A DNA stretch of 32,000 nucleotides from Patescibacteria group bacterium (GTDB lineage Bacteria > Patescibacteriota > Microgenomatia > UBA1400 > JAHJAY01): the NCBI GenBank assembly GCA_018813815.1, contig JAHJAY010000041.1:1-32000 (forward strand). The letters are read 5' to 3'. Below are positions 15,595-24,331 of the stretch, in pieces. The translations under genes and the position numbers were made by a program. The notes beneath the pieces are model-generated. The model saw only the letters and a program-made list of their open reading frames with translations, searched no databases and was not told where the DNA came from. Numbering within the stretch: the stretch's first letter is position 1; each line of letters begins with the position of its first letter.

Positions 15595-18438
15595 TCATAC
15601 TGCCGGACAGAGCAGACGATAATCGCAAAACTTGCAAAGATAGCCGGGTTTGGCTGAAAAATCAAACTGTTGTATTTGCTTTCGGATAGCGAGAATGTCT
15701 TTTTTCGCTTCTTCTAATTGTTTTTTTGTCCGGGTGGTAGAAACTTTTTTTTGCTCATCCAAAAAATAAAAACTAAAAGTAATTTGTTCCGGTGTCCGGT
15801 TATAAATCCCCGGATCAGTTGCCGCTAAACCATAAATCGTCATCTGCATTGAGCGGTCAACTGTTTTTTGATCCATTAATTTACCGGTTTTATAATCAAT
15901 TATCTCAATTGCGCCGGTTTTTTTCTGATCTATCCGGTCAATTCGTCCTCCTAACCACAAATCCTGCGCCAATTTAATTTTAAAGCCATCTTCCAGGGCT
16001 AAAATTTTGGTTTGAGGATCAAAAGAATGTTGATAATAATCTTTAAACAGTTTTTTAGCTTGGCTATAAGCTTTTTGCTCGTGAGCTTTATTATCATAGC
16101 CTTCACTGATCCAATGTTGTTTTAATAACTTTAATAACTGTTTTAAAGACAACTCCTGGCCGTCTTTTAAAGCCTGATAAAAATCCCGCATCGCTTGATG
16201 CAGACTAGTACCAAAACTTTGAGCATGAGAACGCGGCGCCGGCAATTTTAAAATATGGCGGTATTTATATTGCAAAGGACAATTTTTAAAGGCTTCAATT
16301 TGAGAATAGGATAAATAGGTTATAGAAGGTGGGGTGCAGGAAATAGGTTTTTCTTTTACAGGTTTAAAATCAAACATTGATAGCTGATCTGCTGGCTGAG
16401 CTTTTTCCGGCTTAAACTCTTTACCCAAAGTTTCAAAAACAAACGGGCTAATCTTTTTTAATCGCTTAGCCTCACCATAAAATTTGCTTGCCGTCAGATA
16501 AACCCGATCTTTAGCCCGGGTTAAACCAACATAAAATAACCTGCGCTCTTCTTGTTCATGACTGTCGCCGATCGGTAAAATTTCTTTAACCAGCTTATCG
16601 GGAAGTGGAATTAGTCCCTGCCGCTGGCGACTGGGAAAACGCTCGTTAACCAAATTCACCAAAAAAACCACCGGAAATTCCAAACCCTTGGAAGAATGAA
16701 CGGTTAACAAATTAACGGCATTAACTTCCTGCCAATCACTATCGGTAGCCAAAGGCGATTCGCCTAACTCAAGTTTTAAGTCTAACCATTCAACTACGGC
16801 GAAAACCGAGGCGTCTTCATGCTCGGCTTCGTAAGTTTTTAGTCTGTCAAAAAATTTAGCCAAGTTCTGCACTTGCTGTTCTTTTTTTGCACTCGGCGGA
16901 TCAAGTAAAAACTGATACCAACCGCTTTTTTGAATAAAATCGAATAAAATCTCGCCCGCGGTTTGTTTAGGCAATTGTTTTAAATGACTCTGAATTAGCT
17001 TTACTAAATGACTGAATTTTTCTTTACCGCCAACAGACAATCCTTCTATGGCCTTATTTTTTTCCGCGGCTTCAAATAAACTTAAATTTTGCCGCCGGCT
17101 AAAATTACGCAAAACCGCTAAGTCCCGAGGGTTAAATTTAAAAACTGTCATAGTAGCCAATTTATAAAAAGCAATATCATCTTCAAAATTGTTTAACAAT
17201 TGTAAATAGGCAATCAGATTTTTTACTTCTTCCTGACGCAATAGTTGGCCTGGTCCTAAAAATTGCCAGGGAATTGCCTGACGCTTTAAAGCCCGGACAA
17301 AGGGTTCAGCATGATTGTTGGCTCGAACCAGTATGGCTATATCACCATAATTATATGTTTGAGTAGTAAGTTTCTTAATTTTCTTAATAACTAAATCAGC
17401 TTCATTTTCCACCCGATCAGTAAAAATAAACTTAATTTTTTCGCCCTTTATTTTCTTAATGCTTTTTAAGTTCTTACTAATGCCTAATTTGGACTCTAAA
17501 GTGTCCGGATTGTTATGCTGAATTACATCATAGGCTCGATCAAGAATTTCCTGGGTTGAACGATAATTTTTAAGCAAAGTTATGGTTTTTGCTTTTGGAT
17601 AGTCATCAATGAAGTTGAGAATGTTAGAAACCGCGGCGCCGCGAAATTTGTAAATTGACTGCGAATCGTCTCCTACAACCAAAATGTTCGGCTTACCCTT
17701 AGGCTGACCCAAAAGCTTAACTAATTCATACTGGGCAATGTTAGTGTCTTGAAATTCATCTACTAAAATATATTTAAATTGCTTTTGGTAGCGCTGTCGC
17801 ACATTTTTCCGGGTCTTAAAAAGCTGCAAACTATAACTAATTACATCAGCAAAATCCATCCGGCCGGCTTTTTCTTTAAGTTGCTGATAAGCTTTAAAAG
17901 CGCGCGCCAGCTCCAGATTTTTTTTAACTTCATCCTTTTCGGATTTTGCCCAATCAAGATATTCGCTGGGCGATATGTCCTCATCCCGCAAACGACTAAA
18001 GTAATTAATCAAGCCGGGTAAAAATTTACTCGGATTGCCACGCGGCCGGAAATAGTCAAGTTTTAAAGCAAACAAGTGCTGATTTAAAAACTGAATTGTT
18101 TCCGCTTCAGTCATTAAAACATATTTGGAATCCAACCCTATCTGCATCGCCTCACGCCGTAAAACCCGATCACAAAACGAATGAAAAGTGGAAATCCACA
18201 TTTGGGTATAACCATAAGGCATAATCTCATCCACCCGGGTTTCCATTTCCAAAGCCGATTTATGAGTAAAAGTTAAGGCCAGAATTTCGACTGGTTTTGC
18301 CAATTCCTGAGCAATCAAATATTTAATCCGCTCAGTCACCACCGTAGTTTTACCCGTACCGGCTCCGGCAATAATTAACAGCGGACCCTGACCGTGTTGA
18401 ATTGCCTGAAGCTGTTCAGTGTTAAGCTGCTTTTTCAT
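15595..18438 (-). CDS. UvrD-family helicase fused to C-terminal PD-(D/E)XK Cas4/AddB-like Fe-S nuclease
   Basis: Helicase motifs: AGAGTGKTT, DEFQDTN, GDDSQSIYKFRGA, KNYRS, TVHSSKGLEF, YVGLTRAKDRVYL. Nuclease motifs: CPLQYKY, GRIDRID, EIIDYKTGK, QMTIYGLA, CKFCDYRLLC (one plus three Cys pattern). ATG 18438 is preferred over TTG 18465 and overlaps rmuC by 17 nt. Confidence 0.9.
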   Translation of the reverse strand: MKKQLNTEQLQAIQHGQGPLLIIAGAGTGKTTVVTERIKYLIAQELAKPVEILALTFTHKSALEMETRVDEIMPYGYTQMWISTFHSFCDRVLRREAMQIGLDSKYVLMTEAETIQFLNQHLFALKLDYFRPRGNPSKFLPGLINYFSRLRDEDISPSEYLDWAKSEKDEVKKNLELARAFKAYQQLKEKAGRMDFADVISYSLQLFKTRKNVRQRYQKQFKYILVDEFQDTNIAQYELVKLLGQPKGKPNILVVGDDSQSIYKFRGAAVSNILNFIDDYPKAKTITLLKNYRSTQEILDRAYDVIQHNNPDTLESKLGISKNLKSIKKIKGEKIKFIFTDRVENEADLVIKKIKKLTTQTYNYGDIAILVRANNHAEPFVRALKRQAIPWQFLGPGQLLRQEEVKNLIAYLQLLNNFEDDIAFYKLATMTVFKFNPRDLAVLRNFSRRQNLSLFEAAEKNKAIEGLSVGGKEKFSHLVKLIQSHLKQLPKQTAGEILFDFIQKSGWYQFLLDPPSAKKEQQVQNLAKFFDRLKTYEAEHEDASVFAVVEWLDLKLELGESPLATDSDWQEVNAVNLLTVHSSKGLEFPVVFLVNLVNERFPSRQRQGLIPLPDKLVKEILPIGDSHEQEERRLFYVGLTRAKDRVYLTASKFYGEAKRLKKISPFVFETLGKEFKPEKAQPADQLSMFDFKPVKEKPISCTPPSITYLSYSQIEAFKNCPLQYKYRHILKLPAPRSHAQSFGTSLHQAMRDFYQALKDGQELSLKQLLKLLKQHWISEGYDNKAHEQKAYSQAKKLFKDYYQHSFDPQTKILALEDGFKIKLAQDLWLGGRIDRIDQKKTGAIEIIDYKTGKLMDQKTVDRSMQMTIYGLAATDPGIYNRTPEQITFSFYFLDEQKKVSTTRTKKQLEEAKKDILAIRKQIQQFDFSAKPGYLCKFCDYRLLCPAV

Positions 18439-19459
18439 TCTTATCCAACTGCTTAGTTTCCTCAATAGACTCAGACAACACCCGAGTAGAAGATAATTTT
18501 TGTCCTAACAAGGAAAAGCTTTGAAGCGCATTGGCAAACTGACTGTAAGCATTATTAATATGCTTGCCTAATACGCTTAAAACTCCTTCGGTTTTTTCAT
18601 AGTCTTTTTGAATCGCTCGCAGCAAACGAAAGACCTCGCGTGAGCGAGCCTCAATTTTTTGACCCTCAAAAGATAAAAGTATGGTTTGCAAATGCGCATA
18701 AAGTGTTGTCGGCGACACCGGATAAACCCGGGCACGGCGGGCATAATCAGTTAAATCAGGAATGTTAACAATCTCATAATAAACCGATTCAGAAGGAATA
18801 TACATTAAGGCAAAATCCATAGTTCCTTCTTCCTGCAAAATATATTTTTTGGAAATATCCCGAATATGCTTTTTCACATCAACAGTAAAAGCCTTCTGTA
18901 ATCGATTTTTTTCAGTTTTGTTTTCTGCCGCCATCATTCTCTGAAAATTTTCCATAGGAAACTTGGAATCAATCGGCAACAAACCCGCGTCGGTCTTTAT
19001 GGCCGCATCAACTTTCTCTCCGGATTTAAAGGCGTATTGCAAATAAAAACTGTTTTTAGAAAACATCTGGGAAATCAAATCTTTTAAAACTTCTTCACCA
19101 ATATTTCCGCGCAACTTGGGACTTTTTAAAAACTCCTGCAGCTCTTTCATTGACCGGCCAATTTCACTCATCTCACCAACCCGCTCAGCCACTTCGCTAA
19201 TATAGCGCGCCGCATTATCCAAACGCTTATTCATCGTTGCCGTTGATTGCTGTAAACTATCGGAGAGATTTTTAGATTGTTGCTGTAATCCTTTTTGTAA
19301 ATTCACCGGCACTTGCTGTAAGTTCTCAATAATTTTTAAAAGATTTTCTTCAGATTTAGATGCTTGCGAGAGCTGATTCAGCTTACGGTTAAGTAAATAA
19401 ACCGCTATGGCCACAGCCGCAACTATGACAGCAACTAAAAGATAGATTTCCTTAGGCAT
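18422..19459 (-). CDS. rmuC: DNA recombination protein RmuC
   Basis: N-terminal TM helix and coiled coil, then the RmuC core: KLRGNIGEEVL, LPIDSKFPMENF, DFALMYIPSESVY, YPVSPTTLYAHLQTI. Confidence 0.88.
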   Translation of the reverse strand: MPKEIYLLVAVIVAAVAIAVYLLNRKLNQLSQASKSEENLLKIIENLQQVPVNLQKGLQQQSKNLSDSLQQSTATMNKRLDNAARYISEVAERVGEMSEIGRSMKELQEFLKSPKLRGNIGEEVLKDLISQMFSKNSFYLQYAFKSGEKVDAAIKTDAGLLPIDSKFPMENFQRMMAAENKTEKNRLQKAFTVDVKKHIRDISKKYILQEEGTMDFALMYIPSESVYYEIVNIPDLTDYARRARVYPVSPTTLYAHLQTILLSFEGQKIEARSREVFRLLRAIQKDYEKTEGVLSVLGKHINNAYSQFANALQSFSLLGQKLSSTRVLSESIEETKQLDKNEKAA

Positions 19460-19461
19460 AA

Positions 19462-19477
19462 TGTTATAATTTTAACA
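19462..19477. promoter_or_regulatory. Near-palindromic bidirectional promoter: TGTTATAAT (+) overlapping TGTTAAAAT (-)
   Basis: TGTTATAATTTTAACA fills most of the 21-bp gap between divergent ATGs at 19459 (-) and 19481 (+). Each strand reads as an extended -10, 9-10 nt from its ATG. Confidence 0.5.
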
Positions 19478-19480
19478 CTA

Positions 19481-19813
19481 ATGGCCAAAAGAATTAAGAA
19501 AAGCTTTATTCCCACTATATTCCTGGCAATATTTTTTTGGCTGAGTACCGGTTTAATTGTTTTCTTTTTAGATCCATTAAGCATTAAGGACATTTTAATT
19601 CCTGGCACTTATTTGCCGTTTTTCCTGGTTTTAGCTCCGGCTTTATTTTTTACCTGGTCATTGATTTTTATGAACAGCCGCCGAGGTCTATTAACTACTG
19701 CTGGTATTATTTTGTTTCTTGTCCTCAAACTTTTAAAAATTGGCAATTTCCTCAATGTCATTCTCATTGCCAGCCTCATCATTGCTCTTGAACTCTCTTT
19801 TTCTAAACGCTAA
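19481..19813 (+). CDS. Small integral membrane protein (110 aa, 3-4 TM), unknown function
   Basis: Hydrophobic segments IFLAIFFWLSTGLIVFFL, FFLVLAPALFFTWSLIF, GIILFLVLKLL and VILIASLIIAL. Confidence 0.6.
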   Translation: MAKRIKKSFIPTIFLAIFFWLSTGLIVFFLDPLSIKDILIPGTYLPFFLVLAPALFFTWSLIFMNSRRGLLTTAGIILFLVLKLLKIGNFLNVILIASLIIALELSFSKR

Positions 19814-19847
19814 AATAGCTTTTATAACTAATTTAATTAATTAAAGT

Positions 19848-20234
19848 ATGCAGATTTCTCCTAAAAAACTAAGCCGTCAACAAAAAAAAGACATTTTTAA
19901 AAAACTTTATCAAGTTTTGGCTGATTTAAAAAAACCAGATGATATAGCCGCTTTTTTAGATAACGTCCTTACTCCGATCGAGAAAACCGCTATTGCCAAA
20001 CGACTAAATATTGTTTTTTATCTTAAAAAGGGCAAATCTTACAGTTTCATTAAAGATAATCTCGGTGTTTCTTCAGCCACAATTTCTTCAATTCAAAAAG
20101 AAATGGAAAACAGTCCTGGCTTTACTTTGGCTTTAGAAACCATTGAAACAGATGAGTGGGCCAGTCAATGGGCCCAAAAAATCACTGATCTTTTCAAAAG
20201 TTTTTCTCTGAAAAAAGTTCAAACCCCAGTTTAA
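19848..20234 (+). CDS. TrpR-like / YerC-YecD family HTH protein
   Basis: TPIEKTAIAKRLNIVFYLKKGKSYSFIKDNLGVSSATISSI resembles the Trp-repressor-related YerC/YecD family. Confidence 0.65.
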   Translation: MQISPKKLSRQQKKDIFKKLYQVLADLKKPDDIAAFLDNVLTPIEKTAIAKRLNIVFYLKKGKSYSFIKDNLGVSSATISSIQKEMENSPGFTLALETIETDEWASQWAQKITDLFKSFSLKKVQTPV

Positions 20235-20249
20235 ACTCTCATGCCCCTT

Positions 20250-20258
20250 TGATACAAT
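20250..20258 (+). promoter_or_regulatory. Extended -10 TGATACAAT, 6 nt before ATG 20265 (leaderless metG mRNA predicted)
   Basis: t20250 g20251 a20252 + TACAAT 20253-20258, spacer caatct, ATG 20265. There is no T-box or SD. Confidence 0.5.
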
Positions 20259-20264
20259 CAATCT

Positions 20265-21701
20265 ATGGCTAAAAAGTTTTACCTTACTGTCGCTATTCCT
20301 TATGTTAATGCCGCACCACATCTGGGACACGCGCTGGAATTTCTTCAGGGAGATGTAATCGCCCGCTATCATCGGCTATTGGGTGATAATACTCTTTATC
20401 TGTCTGGCTCTGATGAAAACAGTTTAAAAAATGTTCAAGCAGCTAAAAAACAAAACATTTCCACCCAGCAACTTTGTGAACAAAATACCCAAGCTTTCAA
20501 AAAGCTACTAAAAAAATTAAACATCTCCATTGATATTTGGCAGCGCGGCTCCAGTCAAACCAAACACTGGCCAGGAATTCGGGAATTATGGCAGTGCTGT
20601 CAAAAAAGCGGCGATATTTATAAAAAAAAGTATCAGGGACTTTATTGTATTGGCTGTGAAGAATTTAAGCGGGAAAAAGATTTAGTTAATGGCCGCTGTC
20701 CGGAACATCCTCATAAAAAACTTGAAGTTGTAGAAGAAGAAAACTATTTTTTCCGTTTATCCAAATATGAAAAACAACTGCTTCAATTAATTAAATCAGA
20801 CAAATTACAAATCATTCCTCAAAAAAGGAAAAACGAAACCCTGGGTTTTATTAAACAGGGTCTAGAGGATTTTAGCATTTCCCGATCAGTCGAGCGCGCC
20901 CATGGCTGGGGTATTCCCGTACCTGATGATGACAGCCAGATTATCTATGTTTGGTATGACGCCTTAGCTGAATATATTACCGGCATTGGCTGGAATTGGG
21001 GTTTAAAAAAGTTTCACCAATGGTGGCCGGCTGAACTACATATTATTGGTAAAGGCATTAATCGCTTTCACACCATCTACTGGCCGGCGATGCTGATGTC
21101 GGCCGGATTGGCCTTGCCAAAATCAGTTTTGATTCATGGTTATATTACGGTTGACGGCCGCAAAATGGGTAAATCCATTGGCAATGTAGTTGATCCACTT
21201 GAATTAGTTAAAAAATACGGCACTGATGCAGTCCGCTACTATCTGCTTAAAGAAATCCCCACCACTGATGACGGCGACTTTACGGAAAAACGCTTCAAAG
21301 AACTTTATAATGCTGATTTGGCCAACGGTATCGGCAACCTGGTTCAACGACTAGCCCGGCTCTGTCAAAACTCAGGAGCAAATTTCCCAAAAAACAAACT
21401 TCAGGCTTATCAGAAACCCGGCCAAACCAAAAAATTCATAGATAATTATCGCTTTAATGAAGCCTTAGCCCATATCTGGACTTATATTAAAAGCTTAGAT
21501 AAAAAAATTGACCAAACCAAGCCTTGGGAAAAAAGCGGTCAGGATCTGGGAAAAATCTTAAGCCTTCTCGTTCCCGAAATTCAGCAAATTGGCAGCTATT
21601 TAACTCCCTTTTTGCCTGAAACATCCCAAAAAATCCAAAAAATCTTCGCTGGTCCAAAAATCCGGGCACCCAAAAAACCCCTATTTCCGCGGTTAAAATG
21701 A
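20265..21701 (+). CDS. metG: Methionyl-tRNA synthetase (short form without C-terminal tRNA-binding domain)
   Basis: NAAPHLGH (HIGH-type), GRKMGKSIGN (KMSKS-type) and zinc knuckles CIGCEEF...GRCPEHP. Confidence 0.93.
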   Translation: MAKKFYLTVAIPYVNAAPHLGHALEFLQGDVIARYHRLLGDNTLYLSGSDENSLKNVQAAKKQNISTQQLCEQNTQAFKKLLKKLNISIDIWQRGSSQTKHWPGIRELWQCCQKSGDIYKKKYQGLYCIGCEEFKREKDLVNGRCPEHPHKKLEVVEEENYFFRLSKYEKQLLQLIKSDKLQIIPQKRKNETLGFIKQGLEDFSISRSVERAHGWGIPVPDDDSQIIYVWYDALAEYITGIGWNWGLKKFHQWWPAELHIIGKGINRFHTIYWPAMLMSAGLALPKSVLIHGYITVDGRKMGKSIGNVVDPLELVKKYGTDAVRYYLLKEIPTTDDGDFTEKRFKELYNADLANGIGNLVQRLARLCQNSGANFPKNKLQAYQKPGQTKKFIDNYRFNEALAHIWTYIKSLDKKIDQTKPWEKSGQDLGKILSLLVPEIQQIGSYLTPFLPETSQKIQKIFAGPKIRAPKKPLFPRLK

Positions 21702-22609
21702 AAAAACAATTAAAGCTTAACCACAATTATCTTCTTTTAACTCTAGCTGCTGTTATTTGGGGCATAGACAGCACGGTTGCCAAACCAGTCCTGGAAGTTA
21801 TCCCACCAATTACTTTCTCATTTTTTCGCTTTTTAATCGGCAGCGTTCTGTTCGCCCTAGCTTTGACCTCGGCTAACATTCCAAAAACCATCAACAAAAA
21901 AGACCTACTTAAAACTGCCTCGCTTGCCTTTGTTGATAGTATTATGGTCATTGTTTTGATTAATTTTGGCATCAAGTACACTACCGCCGCCAATGTCTCT
22001 ATTCTTGTTTCCCTGCTGCCACCAATTATTATTGCCCTTTTAGCAGCAATTTTACTCAAAGAAAAGCTGGGCAAAATAAACATTTTGGGTATGTTTACCG
22101 CAACTCTGGGGGTGGCTTTTTTAACCAACCTTTTTTGGGGGCTAAAAGACTTGATTCAAACTCAATTTTTTCTAGGCAATGTTTTAATCGTCATCGCCGC
22201 CTTAGGCTGGGCAATTTACAATATCTGGGGTAAGCCTCTTTTTCAAAAATATCATCCCACTACCATCACTGCTTATATTTTCTTTTTTGCCACTCTTTTT
22301 ACACTTCCATTAGCAATCTGGGAAATCAGCCATAATCAATTGCAATTTCCTCCAAAAGCCATTTTCGGACTCTTATATAATGGCATTGGGTCAGGCTTTA
22401 TTGGCTACTTTTCTTGGAACAAAGGGTTAAAAGCCGTCTCTGCTTCTAAAGCCGGCATTTTTACTTACATAGTGGCTTTAAGCGGCGTAATCGCTGCTGT
22501 GGTATTTTTAAAAGAATCTTTATCGCCTCGTTTTTTAATTGGCGGTTTACTAACTTGTCTCGGACTTTATTTTACAACCAGAAAAGTTGAGGGATATGAA
22601 AAAAATTAA
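21698..22609 (+). CDS. EamA/DMT-superfamily transporter
   Basis: Ten hydrophobic segments with the duplicated EamA architecture. Its start forms an ATGA overlap with the metG stop. Confidence 0.8.
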   Translation: MKKQLKLNHNYLLLTLAAVIWGIDSTVAKPVLEVIPPITFSFFRFLIGSVLFALALTSANIPKTINKKDLLKTASLAFVDSIMVIVLINFGIKYTTAANVSILVSLLPPIIIALLAAILLKEKLGKINILGMFTATLGVAFLTNLFWGLKDLIQTQFFLGNVLIVIAALGWAIYNIWGKPLFQKYHPTTITAYIFFFATLFTLPLAIWEISHNQLQFPPKAIFGLLYNGIGSGFIGYFSWNKGLKAVSASKAGIFTYIVALSGVIAAVVFLKESLSPRFLIGGLLTCLGLYFTTRKVEGYEKN

Positions 22610-22904
22610 GTTTCCTTGGGGAGAGCTTTTTATCATCGGCACCACTGATGAACTCAGTGTTGGTATTGACATTATTCACCCGAAAAAACAAACTGACAAG
22701 CCTAGCGCCTATTTAAAAAAAGGCGTCGCGATTTATTATGTAATCAAAGGTAGGGGTCTTTGTGACGATCGGCCAATTAAAAAAGGCGACCTTTTAAAAC
22801 TTTCCGCTGGGCAAAAAATCAATCTTAAAAATAATTCTAAAACCAATCTGAAAATAATAACTATTTATTTACCACCATATGATGAAGCTAATATCGGCCA
22901 TTAA
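22596..22904 (+). CDS. Small cupin-like protein
   Basis: ATG 22596 has GAGGG upstream and is preferred over TTG 22587. The protein is beta-rich and about 100 aa, with GVAIYYVIKGRG...IKKGDLLKLSAGQ resembling a cupin barrel. Confidence 0.4.
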   Translation: MKKIKFPWGELFIIGTTDELSVGIDIIHPKKQTDKPSAYLKKGVAIYYVIKGRGLCDDRPIKKGDLLKLSAGQKINLKNNSKTNLKIITIYLPPYDEANIGH

Positions 22905-23496
22905 AACCCGCCGGAGCGTTCGCAGTTACCAGTCTAAACCGGTGCCTAAAAAAGTTATCAAAGAATTAATTGAATTGGCCAATCTCGCTCCAACGGCTGA
23001 CGGTCAAGAAAACCGCCGCTTTATTATTGTTGATGATCCAAAAATCAAACAAACCCTTTGGCAGGCCGCTTTTAAACAAAGCCACGCCCAAGAAGCGCCC
23101 GTGATTGTGGCTGCTTGTTATGCTACTAATCTTTTTCAACCAGCACCTTTTATTAAAGACTGTAAAGGTTGGGGTGTTAATCTTTGGAATACCAACGAAA
23201 AAAACTATAAAACTCATCAGCAGTTTAAGAAAAACTGGCACATCTGGACTAGACGCTGGCCAATCCAAGACGCTGATGCGGCAATCGCTACTTTTTGTTT
23301 AGCCGCGACCGCCAAAGGTTTATCCACTTGCTGGATGGGACTTTTTGATCATGATCAAGTCAGAAAAGCTCTAAAGTTGCCGAGAAACTACCAAATAGCG
23401 GCCCTAATCACTCTTGGCTATCAGAAAAAATCTCCTTATCCGCAAAAACGCCGGCCAGTTAAACAACTGCTTCACTGGAATTCTTGGTCATCATAA
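22879..23496 (+). CDS. Nitroreductase-family flavoprotein
   Basis: IKTRRSVRSYQSKPVPKKVIKELIELANLAPTA is a typical nitroreductase N-terminus. GLSTCWMG lies near the C-terminus. Confidence 0.85.
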   Translation: MMKLISAIKTRRSVRSYQSKPVPKKVIKELIELANLAPTADGQENRRFIIVDDPKIKQTLWQAAFKQSHAQEAPVIVAACYATNLFQPAPFIKDCKGWGVNLWNTNEKNYKTHQQFKKNWHIWTRRWPIQDADAAIATFCLAATAKGLSTCWMGLFDHDQVRKALKLPRNYQIAALITLGYQKKSPYPQKRRPVKQLLHWNSWSS

Positions 23497-23500
23497 AATC

Positions 23501-23509
23501 TGCTAAAAT
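23501..23509 (+). promoter_or_regulatory. Extended -10 TGCTAAAAT, 6 nt before ATG 23516 (leaderless start predicted)
   Basis: t23501 g23502 c23503 + TAAAAT 23504-23509, spacer agcact, ATG 23516. Confidence 0.5.
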
Positions 23510-23515
23510 AGCACT

Positions 23516-24331
23516 ATGCTGATTGATACCCATTGTCATCTTAATTTCCAAGCCTTTGAACCAGATCTTGAAGCAGTAATTAAACGGGCTCAAACCGCTG
23601 GAGTGACAAAAATTATTATCCCGGGTTCAGATTTGACTAACAGTCAAAAGGCCATTGAATTAGCGGAAAAATATGCAGGGATTTATGCGGCAGTCGGCAT
23701 TCATCCCCATCACGCAATACAAATTCAAAATTTAGAAAAAACCCGCCAAAAGCTTTTGCATTTATGCGAGTCGGCCTTGGACCGAAAAGTCGTGGCAATT
23801 GGTGAATGCGGTTTGGATTATCATGAATATCAAATCACTAAATACCCGGAAAACAAAATTACTCCAAAAGTAAAACAACTGCAAAAAAAACTGTTTAAAG
23901 TTCACCTTCAAGTTGCTAAAAAATTAAAACTTCCTTTAATCATTCATAACCGCCAGGCACATGATGATATTTTAAAATTGCTCAATTCACAATTTTCAAT
24001 TGGACAATTTCCCAAGGGTGTTTTTCACTGCTTTTCCGGCAACCAGGCTTTTTTGCGCCAGGTACTTGAACGCGGCTTTTATGTTGGCATTGACGCTAAT
24101 ATTACTTACAGCCATGGTCTTCAAGGGCTAGCAAAAAAAATTCCCCTCGAACGCTTGGTTTTAGAAACCGATGCCCCATTTTTAACCCCCCAACCTAACC
24201 GCTCTCAGCGCAATGAACCAAAAAATGTTAAAATTATTGTTCAGTATCTCGCAGAACTGCTCAATGTTTCGGCAGAAAAAATTGCTCAAACAACCACAAT
24301 TAACGCCCGCCGGCTATTTAAATTATGTTAA
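23516..24331 (+). CDS. tatD: TatD-family metal-dependent hydrolase/DNase
   Basis: MLIDTHCHLNF, GECGLDYH, IHNRQAHDD, LETDAPFLTP. Confidence 0.92.
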   Translation: MLIDTHCHLNFQAFEPDLEAVIKRAQTAGVTKIIIPGSDLTNSQKAIELAEKYAGIYAAVGIHPHHAIQIQNLEKTRQKLLHLCESALDRKVVAIGECGLDYHEYQITKYPENKITPKVKQLQKKLFKVHLQVAKKLKLPLIIHNRQAHDDILKLLNSQFSIGQFPKGVFHCFSGNQAFLRQVLERGFYVGIDANITYSHGLQGLAKKIPLERLVLETDAPFLTPQPNRSQRNEPKNVKIIVQYLAELLNVSAEKIAQTTTINARRLFKLC

